From: Chrysomallon squamiferum
Lineage: Eukaryota > Animalia > Mollusca
Assembly (NCBI GenBank): GCA_012295275.1
Contig: CM022678.1
Span: forward strand, 4,216,001 to 4,280,000
DNA length: 64,000 nt
Direction of reading: 5' to 3'
In this document: one piece after another, positions 13,411 through 25,945 of the stretch
Numbering within the stretch: the stretch's first letter is position 1
How the letters are laid out: each line of letters begins with the position of its first letter
Translations under genes and position numbers: made by a program
The notes under the pieces: model-generated
Databases searched by the model: none
What the model was told of the DNA's origin: nothing
What the model saw: the letters and a program-made list of their open reading frames with translations, nothing else

Positions 13411-13767
13411 TAATAGATAATAAATAACTAAATAACTAAATAATAATAATTATAATAATAATAATAATAAGCAGAAGAAGAAGAAGAAGAAGAAGAAAAA
13501 GAATGTAAATAACTAAATAAATAAATAAATAAAACCAAGAAGTAATAAATATAAAACTAAAAACATATATCTTATTTACTAATATGTTAAAATACACGAA
13601 CACAGCATAACTATATGGTAATAATACATTTATAAAGAAGAAACAGTTACAAAAATTATCTGACTGTCACATACATTTTATTTAGTAAACATTTAACTGC
13701 ACAGCAAACTTGGCAATAAGCATCCAAAATTAAATTTAAATATTAATATTTGTTTATAGTGAAATAG

Positions 13768-13804
<37 letters not shown>

Positions 13805-13901
13805 TAATAATTAAATAAATAAATAAAGGAAAAATAAAGAAACAAACAAAGAAACAAAAAAAAAAAGAAGTAAAGAAAAATGAAAGAAAGAAAAATTAAT
13901 A

Positions 13902-13948
<47 letters not shown>

Positions 13949-14136
13949 TAATAATAATAATAATAATAATAAAAAAAGAAGAAGAACAAGAAGAAGAAGA
14001 AGAAGAAAAGGAAGAAGAAGAAGAAGAAGAGGAATGTAACTAAATAACTAACTAAATAAATAAATAAAACCAAGAGGTAATAAATAGTAAAGAAACAATA
14101 ATAGAAATGAAGTAAAAAAAATAAAATAAAATAAAA

Positions 14137-14193
<57 letters not shown>

Positions 14194-14218
14194 TGATTCT
14201 GCTCAAAACAAATTCTCG

Positions 14219-15140
14219 TTAATGATTTGGGAGAATTATTCTTCCGGTTTGAATCTGGTGCAAAAGGTCAAGGGCGGTTCTGTTTTCCTTTAACGTGTCT
14301 ACCTGAACTACAGACGTAACTTGACGGCAAACTGGACAGACGATTGTGGAATATGATAAAGAGCGACGTAAACAACCAGCACAAAATGTGTGTTGACAGT
14401 TCAGTAACCGTGGATACCGTGAACTGCTCCGATTACTTTGGTATTTTTCAAAACAGACTCCGCAGCTTAAAATGTGTTCTTCAAGACTGTTCACTCGAAT
14501 GTAACTGTGACCTGGATGGATGCTGATTGGTCTCAAAACGAGAGAGAGAGAAAAAAGTGTACAACACTGCCATCCCAAGGAAAATGAGGGATGAAACGAA
14601 ACTTTAATATTCCTATCGTTTCGAATTTAACAGATTTACATTCCTTTCCTTTATTTATTTATCATTATTATTGTTATTGTTATTATTATTATTATCATTA
14701 TTATCATTATTATTATTATTATTATTTACCTCGAGTCACAGCAAAGATCTTTCAGAGTGTGACGATAGAGTACACAGATCAGTATTACCACGATGAAGAT
14801 CACAATGCCAACCACTGTACCAACTATCATGCCAATGTCAAGTTCGGAAGCTGTAGGGATAAAAATGCTACTGAGTTTGTAATTAATCTGTATTACTGTG
14901 TTCACTACACGTATTATCAAAGTAGATTAAACAAAATAATTTATGAGGCTTTAAACGATAGCAAAAATAAAGACAAAATCAAGAACATTTTCATTTGAAA
15001 TCATTGACATTGTTGTTGTTGTTTTTATAATAGTGGTAGTAGTAGTGACATAGTTGTTGTTGTTTGCTTTATTATTGTTATTATTGTTATTTTGTTGTTG
15101 TTATTGCTGTTATATTTGTATTAGTATATAAATATATTTT

Positions 15141-15202
<62 letters not shown>

Positions 15203-16331
15203 AGCACATATGTAAGTCTCCTTACAGCTCTGTACTGGTAACTTAGCGACTGCTGTGTATCGTATGATGAAGTTTTTAGCTTTGTATTCAGAAGAAAGGA
15301 ACAAGCCCATGAAAATAACTGAACCGGAACTGGAGTACGATCCTGTCTGTGTCCTGCAGAAACCTCCGAGTTTCGTAGAATTTACTACGTTACCTGTTGT
15401 CAAGACAAATCGTCACGTGAATTTATATATCACAGGCAAAGCTGATTCATTTATATTCGTACATTCATCATTTCATACTTGTCATCAGTGATTATAGCCA
15501 TTACTCTTAAAAAAGTAAAATGTTTTAGAGTTTTTAATTGATGCATTATATATTTTCTACAAAGTCTAATATCAGCAGTGACGTAACAACAATCAGCAGA
15601 AAAAATATGAAAAGGAACGGAAAATTACCATCATAAAGCGTAATGTTATGATCTTCACAATTGTAAGAACCATCGAGGTCAGCCTGTAGCATTTCAACTT
15701 TCACAGTCTGGTTTGGATTTGCAGCTTGTATTGTCCACCAACACTCACTAAACATAAATAGGAGTAGAAGTAGTAGTAGTAATAGTAATAAAAACGATGA
15801 TGATGATGATGATGATGATGGCGATGGTGATGATAATAATACAATATTTCAGTGATATAACAGGCTGGAAATGTTTGATGTTTATGTCTTGCATTTTATG
15901 TTTCATAACTTATAAAGATAACCACACACACGCACACAGTGGCAAATTACAGGTAGTAAACAAACCCTTGAGTCAATTTTTCACAAAAGTAAGTTGAATT
16001 TTCGTAGGCTGTAAGAAGTCTCCCACATTCTGGAAAAGAAGAAAACTTCACCTATTAAATGTTTCCCAGTCCGTACGTCCATCCATCCTACCATCCATCC
16101 ATCTAAACATCGATCTAAACCTTTATGTCAGTCATTCGATCGATCACTCAGTCAGCCAGTCAGTCAGTCAATAAATCAATTAGTCAGGCATTCACTGATT
16201 TAGTCTGTCAATCAATAAATCAAGCAATCTAGATATATATAGAGATAGATACATAGATAAAGACAGACAGATAAAATAGACTGACAGACAGATGTATAGA
16301 TATACAGATAAATAGATAGATACATATATTG

Positions 16332-16385
<54 letters not shown>

Positions 16386-17311
16386 TAGATAGATAGATAG
16401 ATAGATTTATTATTTATTTACAATATAGATATGCACGTGGTATATCTTTTAATCCATCTATCTACGTATGTATCTACGCACGAGTGTTTAATATATATAA
16501 ATGTATTACTTCTTTCAAGAGTTCATGTGTAAGTATTGTTGTTATTGTTGTTGTGTATATATATATATATATATATGACAGACAGACAGATAGAAGAAAT
16601 TAAAAGTAAATCTTACTTGGGCGTTGACTAAACGCCACTTTAATATTGAGTCGTGATGGTCTTCTGACACCCTGTAGCTTCAGATATATGTAACGTCCGG
16701 TACTGTTGGATGCATACAATCGATTACCGCTGGGGTGGTTTAACAGAGGGCTACTGTCACTGGTACCTGAATTAAGGATAAAGTGCTCAGAAGAAGAAAG
16801 GTAAATCTCTATAGAATCAAGATAAGATAATGATGATGATGAAGATAATAAAGATGATAACCAAAACAATTACAAAAACAACAATATTAACAATAACAAC
16901 AACTACAACTACAACAACAATACTGACATATGTATTTTTGAAAGAAGTAATAAGATTTATTTACCATCATATAAGCTGACCTTTCCGTATTCGAAACGAG
17001 GACCAATTACCACTAAGTGAATGGAGTGTTTTCTTTTTTCAGCTGTTATTAAGAAAGCGTACCTGTACACAGAATAGAAACAAAATATACTAATTACTTC
17101 TTAATTATAAACATACAACAATACTTATACACAATACAGATACATAGATAAGTAAAAATATACATGCATAAATGAATGCATCCATAACAGAAATACATAT
17201 CTATATCGTAAATAAATAAATAAATAAATAAATACTACTACTACTACTACTACTACAACTAATAATAATATAATAATAATATAATAATAATAATAATAAT
17301 AATATAATAAC

Positions 17312-17362
<51 letters not shown>

Positions 17363-18106
17363 CAAATTTACCTGCCGTCGACTTTTCTGATTTCAGATAA
17401 GTTCTGATATTTCAGAAAAGGTTCAGCTATTAAGGTATATTCAGCTTAAAAAAAGAAAGAAAAAAAAAGAAAAATTCAAATTGAGATAGATAAGATTGAA
17501 ATTAAGTTTTCTTACTTTGGTAAAGAGACAATTCTTCTTCTTCTTCTTCTTCTTCTTGTGTTATTGTTATTATTATCATCATCAATATCATCTTCAATGT
17601 TATTATTACTGTCACCATCACCATTATCATGCTTCGTAAACATCAATATTATTATCATTATCAATTTCATTTTCATTAATCTTAATATTACTGTTACTAT
17701 TATTATTATTATTATTATATAAAGTTTACCTTGTATTGCTTTGAATGATAAACTGAATTTGTTGATATTGGAACAGGGAAAGTACTTTATTAAAATATAA
17801 TTGCTTCTGCCAAAATCAGAGTCTGTCCAATAATAATGAGACGACCATGATGCAACTGTTGCAACATTTTCTATGAGGAAATAAAATATTACTAGATTAA
17901 TGTTTTCAAAAGTACACAGTTTTCACTGAATGTTAAGATAAATATATTTTCACAGCTTACTGGTTCACAATCAACTCAGTGACGTCATGACTTTAAAAAC
18001 ATGACGTCACAAATTGAATTGATTTAATATGTAGTCTTTTACTTTTATACATTTTTATTAGTTAAGAATACTCAACAGCAACATTCAAAATGTACAGTAC
18101 ATTAAA

Positions 18107-18148
<42 letters not shown>

Positions 18149-18151
18149 GTT

Positions 18152-18191
<40 letters not shown>

Positions 18192-18578
18192 CATATGAAA
18201 TAGATAGATATAGGTATATATATAGATAGATAGAGATATAATATACATATCAGTGAGTCCATATATATTATATCTGTATCTATCAATCTATCTATATCTA
18301 TATATATATATATACAAACTAACCTTTTAATATGGAGCAACGTACCGTCTAAAAAGTAAACTGTTGTGTTACATGATGTGAAGTTTGTATACAGTTTTCT
18401 GATACTGATGTAATAACCAGGTGGCGCCTTCAGTGTCCATTGACACTCTTGTCTAGAAAAATAAATAAATAAATAAATACACTAACCAGCCAGCTAACTC
18501 ACTAAATAAATGAATGAATGAATGAAGAAGAAAATTAGTTACGTAACTAATTAGTAAATAATAATAATAATAATGATG

Positions 18579-18611
<33 letters not shown>

Positions 18612-19075
18612 TATCATAATAATAACAACAGTAGCAGCAACAACAACAACAATAATAATGTACAAGCCTAATTAATGTATGATGTTTTGCTCTTATTATT
18701 ACAAGTTTTATTTACAGTAAAATAGTACAGCTCTTACTATTATACTGTACCACAACGATTATAATTGCTTCCAGAATCATGTTTACTACTAGTACTAATA
18801 TCATGACGGCTATAGATTTGACTACTGCTACTGTTACTACTAGAACTACTGCTACTACTACTACTACTATTACTACTACTACTACTACTACTATTACTAC
18901 TACCACAACAACTAGTTTTGATACTACTACTATTACCGCTACGACTGCTACAGTTACTACTATTATTACTACAACTACCATCACTTCTACTAATACTAAC
19001 ACTACCTTTTGGTGGCATATTTTTTTAATAATAAGAGTAATAGTAGAAGTAACAGTAGTAATAGTAAATACGGTA

Positions 19076-19112
<37 letters not shown>

Positions 19113-19678
19113 TATTATGCTTAGCCGTTGATAGTACTCTTACTAATACTACTGATGCTGTTACTAGTATCATTAATTTTACGACTACTACAATAACAAC
19201 ATCCATTCGTATTATTACTAGCTGTAGCAGTAAGAGAAACAGAAGAGATAGTAGTGGACCTAGCAGTATTAGTAGTAGAAGCTGTGGTTACACTTGAAGA
19301 TGTTGAAATACTGCTAGTAGCAGTAGTTGTGGTGGTAGTAGTAGCAGTTGTAGCAGTAATTGTTGTAATAGTAGTTCTAGTACTAGTAGTGATTTTCATA
19401 GCAGTAATGAGATAGTTCTTGTTGTAGTAGTAGCCTTATTATTATTAGATGTTGTACTAGTAACTGTCCCTGTAGTAGCAACAGCAGTTTTAGTAGTTGT
19501 TGTAGTAATTGTAGTAATTCTTGAGGTACGTACCCAGGGAACACGTCGGTGTGCTCGTTTGAATTTAAGATTCGCGAGTCTGTCAAAGCCTCGAGACTAA
19601 ATTTACACAGTCCACCATTCACTATAAACAATAAAAATGAGTTTCAAAATATAGACGAAAATGAGAGAGAGATAGAGA

Positions 19679-19756
<78 letters not shown>

Positions 19757-20031
19757 AGGACACAAATTAATCCAAATAGAAATCTGTACATGACTTTTGC
19801 TCTTGGAGACACTATAAAAACGAACAAAACAACAGGTATTTGTAGCTTATAACACTGAACGTTGCACATATCATAACCCGGATCTAGACTTGATTACACT
19901 TGACTGATCATTTGAACGTTTGTGTACACCATTTACATATTTTATATATGTTATATCCGTTAATGTGTTAAATTTAAAAATACATTATATGTGCATGAGA
20001 ACATATGCAAGTATATATATACATACATACA

Positions 20032-20065
<34 letters not shown>

Positions 20066-20780
20066 CGTATATATGTACACACATGCATAAATACAAACAT
20101 ACATGCCTATAAACCTACAGACATACATAAATACAAACATACATAACCATTGACTTGCCAGTGCCAGGTTTCTCACAGAAAATAGAGGCACGCAAACATA
20201 ACGAAAGACAAAGAGCGGCGAGCTTCGTGGGATTATCTTCGGTTATTGGGCAACCTTTTCAGGGTTTAAAGTTTATATGCATAATTACGCACGCACACAA
20301 AGATACGCACATATATATATATATATATGTTTGTGTATGTAAGTATTCGTGCATATAAATGTTAACCCTAAAATATTTGTAATACATAGTAAGGTAAATT
20401 ATGATAACACGTTTTTGTCAGAGACAATCTCGCTTCAGAATGGAATCTTAAAAAATTGAGATTTTATGAAAATTAGTTACAGTGCGACAAAGGCACACAC
20501 ACACACAAATATATATATATATATTGAATTCACAACTATCTGACTGACAATTTCGCCTTTTATTTTCATTGAAATCAGGGTATATATACATAAACACATA
20601 CATAGATACCTACATAGATACGTAATACGGTATATGTACATATACACATACATAAACACTTACATACATACATACATACATACATATATACATAAATTCA
20701 AACTTAGATGGATAATGTGAAATACATCTATCATACAATTTTGAAATACTATTCGTACACATCAGCAAGCATATACAGAA

Positions 20781-20831
<51 letters not shown>

Positions 20832-21256
20832 ATATCAGACGTTGACATTGTATATATTCAATGAGTTTATACAAAATGACTGTTTAAGGGCATTCAAGTA
20901 GAACTTGGCAAAACAAAGAGATAAGGTAGGAATATTAGACAAAGATCTAAGCTTACAACATTTTAAACACTCATTTTGTTGACCTAGAAATGTTTTTGTC
21001 CTCATATTATTATTATTATTACTATTATTATTATAGATATAATGACTTTTCATATGTTTCTTGAATCAAATTAGAATGTTCTCATATATAACAGGGGTTA
21101 TATACATTTACATCTACGTATATATGTGTGTAAGTATATATATATAGAGCTCAAGATAAGAAAGTAATAAAATAAATAAGAATATAAATAAATATATTTA
21201 CCTGATTTTGTTGAAGATATCAAAATTGAAATTAGAACAAATCTCAGTGTATCCAT
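14219..21256 (-). CDS. Gene D: signal peptide-CUB-CUB-CUB-TM-RING-HC receptor-like E3 ligase, 12 exons, ~491 aa
   Basis: Exons 21256-21202, 19621-19534, 18452-18346, 17870-17730, 17444-17372, 17062-16965, 16766-16617, 16029-15966, 15747-15629, 15393-15247, 14850-14730 and 14531-14219 total 1476 nt, open throughout. CUB motifs include ECQWTLKAPPGYYI, ECWWTIQA and LYDG...LGGFC...SSGSVIFM. The exon-10 donor reads CT instead of GT. Confidence 0.85.
17980..18009. promoter_or_regulatory. Intronic paired CRE sites (TGACGTCA x2, 22 bp apart)
   Basis: Sites at 17980-17987 and 18002-18009; the same pair and spacing occur in intron 3 of gene H. Confidence 0.55.
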
Positions 21257-21440
21257 AATTATTAGCGACCACTACACAAATGAAATCCTGATACAAACTA
21301 TCTGTTATACAGAGTAATGTATATTTTTCTCACATGACGTCACACTGTACCAAGGAGACATAACAACAAAACCTGATACAAGGAAGGTTTTTGACTCCAC
21401 AGTTAAACAGATCATTTACATATTTTATGCGATTGGTTGA
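21257..21440 (-). promoter_or_regulatory. Family promoter module with CRE (21335-21342)
   Basis: Conserved block, CRE 86 nt upstream of the gene D ATG. Confidence 0.6.
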
Positions 21441-22190
21441 GCTATAGCAATGTGTCAGTTCAACAGATAGAAAACAAAAAATAAACAGTAAAAATAAAAT
21501 AATCGAATCGAATTTCTTCAATAACATACTAGATACATTTTTTTTTTTTTTGACAATGTATTTGTAATTGACTGACCCACTGATTGAAAATATCATCTAA
21601 GAAATAAAGGCTAATAGACTGAAACTTCCCGATATAACTGACGGATTTGAATATACTGATTATCCGAACCAGATATTTATTTATCGATAAACTGAGATTT
21701 GTTTATTGACTGACGTGATTGGCTGACTGATGAAAGTACATTATGCAAATTACGGCCTAACATTTAATGACTAAAGAACCGAAATGTGCTGATTGGCAGA
21801 CGAAAAGTTACTGACTGATAGAAATTTAGTGATAAATTCTTATTGACTATTTATTGATATGTTTTTACTAATGTATTAATACTTACTGACTAACATAGCG
21901 AAAGTTACTGACTAACGTACTGATAATAACACACTAATGTACTAGTATTTACTGAGTAATGTACTGATATTTTTTTTAGCAATTTACTAATATTTATTGA
22001 GTAACATACTGATAGTTACTGTCTTATGTACTAATTGTTACTAACTAATGTACTAAAATATACTGAATAATAAAATGTACTAATATTTACTGACTATTGT
22101 ACCTATAGTGACAAATGTACTAATATATTCAAAAAAGTCAAATTACGTAATTAAAATGGTTTTATTGCATCTTATAGGCTTCTGTGTCTA

Positions 22191-22245
<55 letters not shown>

Positions 22246-23129
22246 TAATAATAATAATAATAATAATAACAACAACAACAGCAACAACAACTGCAACACC
22301 AACAACAATAACAATGACAATGACAACAACAACTGAAGATAAAAGAAGCATTTTCTTGCCCCACTTCCAACACTGGTAAGCCAGAATCAGTATTTAAATA
22401 CAACGTTTCTTGTTCAAACACCCGCATGCGTGCAGACATATATAAACCGAAGACAGACAAAGAACGGCGTTCTTCGTGGGAAGCGATGATTAACCTCGGT
22501 TACTGAGCAAACTTTGTTATGCTTGTCTCGATGGCCGAACGGTAACATAAGCCGCCTTCGGAGTGCGGGCGAATGGGTGTCAAACGTTCGAGTCTCGTCA
22601 GCGGCATCTGACTTGGTTTGTGAGGTCGTGATTGGACTTTGTCTTACTGCGCCAGAGCGTTCCCAAATATTGTAATCAGACGTACACAAGACAGAGAATA
22701 TTCAAATCCTAAAAATTCATACACATATCATGTGGATCAGTAATTTAATGTGAACAATCGGATTGATATTAAATTTGCCTCGCTGCTTTAGTTTAATCTT
22801 TCCTTTTGAAATACCTCGTTGTATGACAAAGAGTCATAGCTCACTGGTTTCGTCTCATTTGTCACACGGTCTAGAAGAACAGGTTTCTTGTCACATGATT
22901 ACAATACGTATTCACCTCCTTAGCAATTTAAAACTGTATTAGTGTCCCAATAAAAATTACAGTAAAGAAGTAAATAAAGAACGAAAACTAAATAAGTAAA
23001 TAAATAAATAAATTAAACCAAGAGGTAAAAAACCGTAAATAAATAAATAAATAAATAAGTAAGTAAGTACAAAAAAGGAAAGAAACAAAAATAAAGAAAC
23101 CAATAAACAATAATGAAGTTTTTTTCTCT

Positions 23130-23272
23130 CGAAAGAATGTATTTTAATTTTCATTTCGTAACATTATTCTCTTTCACAACCAAAATTATTCTGGTCAGAT
23201 CGGATGCATATTAACCTCTGTTTAATGGAAAAATCTCTCATTTATGATTTGTGAGAATTTTTCTTCTGGTTG
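23130..23272 (-). pseudogene. Orphan remnant of a RING exon 3' end and 3' UTR
   Basis: Minus strand reads TRRKILTNHK* (compare TGRIILPNH* and NRRRIPRNH*), followed by the ...GCATCCGATCTGA... UTR motif seen after genes C and E. Confidence 0.65.
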
Positions 23273-24124
23273 ATTAATATACTTATATTTGTTGACCAAT
23301 GTACTAATATTCACTGACTAATACGATAATACCTTAGTCAGTAAACATAAGTACATTAGTCAATTATCTTTAATACATTAGTTAGTAAATATAAGTACAT
23401 AAGTCAGCAAATATTAGTATATTAGTCAGTAAATATAAGTATATTAGTCAGTAAATATAAGTGTGTTAGAAAATAAAAGGTAATTAGTAAATGTTGTTTA
23501 TGTGCAGTCTAATCAGACATACACAAGACAGATAATATCCACATCCTAAAATACATACAAACATACATATACAGAAATCAATTTTGTTATAATAAAGCCT
23601 ATTACTGTGAAAACCTTTTCTACAGTATTAAAAGCACGTAATTATTGTTGAAATGTCACGGTGCGTGGATTTGTTACACATAACTAACCGGGAAGTACAG
23701 TACGAAGTGGCTAAGTAGCTTAGATCGTTAACACAGATACTATTGTCTAATAAATAATAATAATGATAATAATAATAATAATAATAATAAAAATAATAAC
23801 AACAACAACAATAATAATAATAATAATAATAATAATGAAATGAATAAAAATAATAATAATAATAATAGTAATAATAATAATAACAATAACAATAACAATA
23901 AATAAATAAATAAATAAATAATTAATTAATTAGTTAAAAATTAAATAATATAAAACAGTATTGTAAAGGCTCTATTTTAAAATTAATTTATAGTTTTGCC
24001 ACGTGATGTCGCAGTGTACCACGGTGACATCATAACAAAAGATGAAACAAGGAAGTCTGTTGGATTGTAACTGATTGATCATTTGAACATTTATATATGT
24101 ATTTACTTACATATTTTATTTACG

Positions 24125-24196
<72 letters not shown>

Positions 24197-24227
24197 CTGA
24201 AATACAGAAGCTAACTAACTGTAATAA

Positions 24228-25945
24228 AAGGCCATTACTTTGAAATATTCTATATCGTTGATTATAGAGTAAATAGATATTGTTAAAGTTAACAGAGGCG
24301 TGACCTTTGTTTGTCATATTAAAGATCAACTCTGTGTTGAGTTACTATTAAATTCTTAGTGAATTGTTCTCTAACTGTACGTAGATTAGACTGTTTGACA
24401 GAGCCTACATTTTTTTTTTCTGTCAGTTGGGGAAATACAAGGTTCACTCCTGAACGTAACTGTAGATGTTTTAAACATTGATTTCAGTGAAAACAAAATG
24501 CGAAAATGTCAATCATCAGTTATTATTTTCTTTTAAAAGATTATTAATATTCTTGTGCCATTTGGCAACAGATATCATTTTCAATAAATTTCAGTTTTTG
24601 TTTTCAATTCTGAAGTGAGAGTGTCTCCACACAAATATATTTACACTAATTTGTGAATATACTTTTTTAATAGATTCACTTGCACTACAGTCTAGACCAG
24701 TCACATACTGAAAAATGAAATGTTTCAAAATTCTTAACTCCATTTCTACTTGCGTTACAAACATAGATTTTATGCCAAATTAATCAAAATCAAAAGATCT
24801 CGATGACGAAATTCATTTAGAAAGGATATTTTAGAAAATCTGAAATCATAATAATTTTTTGTTTGATTTTTCTGAAGCAGTATCTGAACTGATGATGAAC
24901 TGAGTATGATTAGCTAGTACCAGTGTGAAAAATTAAGATGGTTATGTTTTACACATAATTGATACACTATATCGTACGTCACTCAGTAGAAGTTTTCTTA
25001 TACAGTCTTATTCTTGATTCATAAACTTTATTCACACACTCAAATAGAATTTCAAAACTATTTTTTTTCCAAAGTCACTTCCAAGATATTGCTAAAGTTA
25101 AATTAATTTCAGTTCTGTTTAGATTAAGATCACCAAACATTATTTGTAACTTTTGTAAATGCTGTACTCTATGATTCATTGTCCATGGGTTCTTAGCAAA
25201 ACAAATTGCTACAAGGAGTAAAGGGTTCTCAACAAGTAATCTTTATTATTAAAGAGGCTTTACTAGCACAAAGTTTACACCTGGAGGCTGAAGAAAACTA
25301 TAGTTTGTTAAAAGGAAAAGTTTGAACCACCAAAAATTATGATTTCCGATTTTCTAAAATATCTCTTTCTAAATGAATTTCATCATCAAGATCTTTTCAT
25401 TTGGATTAATTTGGTAGAAAAGCTATGTTTTTAACACAGGTAGAAGTTGAGTTAAGAATTTTCAAAGGTTTCATTTTTCAGCATGTGATTGGTCTACACT
25501 CTATCGCAAGTCAATATATTAAAAAATTTATATTCACATATTAGTGTAAATATATTTGTGTGGATACAATCTCGCTTCAGAATTGAAAATAAAAACTGAA
25601 ATTTATTAAAAATGATGACTGTAAGCAAATGGCACAAGAATATTAATAATCTTTTAAAAGAAAATCGTAACAGATGATTCTCAATTTCGCATTTTACTTT
25701 CACTGAAATCGAGGTTTAAAAATGTACAGCTCTGTTCAGGAATGAATTTTATATTTCCCCAAGAGACAGAAAAAAATTGAAGCACTGTCAAACAGACTAA
25801 TCTACGTATAGTTACAGAACAATTCACTAAGAATTTTACTGTAATATTGATTTTTAATATGAGAAACAAGGTCAGCCTCTGTTTGAACTTTAACAATAAC
25901 ATTTTTATCTTTACACGATATATAATATTTCAAAGCAATGGCCTG
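24228..25945. mobile_element. Foldback/MITE-like element with ~600 bp imperfect terminal inverted repeats
   Basis: 24228-24850 is the reverse complement of ~25340-25945 (ends AGGCCATTRCTTTGAAATATT); no transposase ORF in the ~500 bp core. Confidence 0.65.

Noticed and set aside
18712-19399. Thr/Ser-rich mucin-like ORFs (also 54149-54409)
   Set aside because: They are degenerate (ACT/AGT)n repeats inside the intron that splits CUB1; there are no convincing splice sites and inclusion would interrupt the domain.
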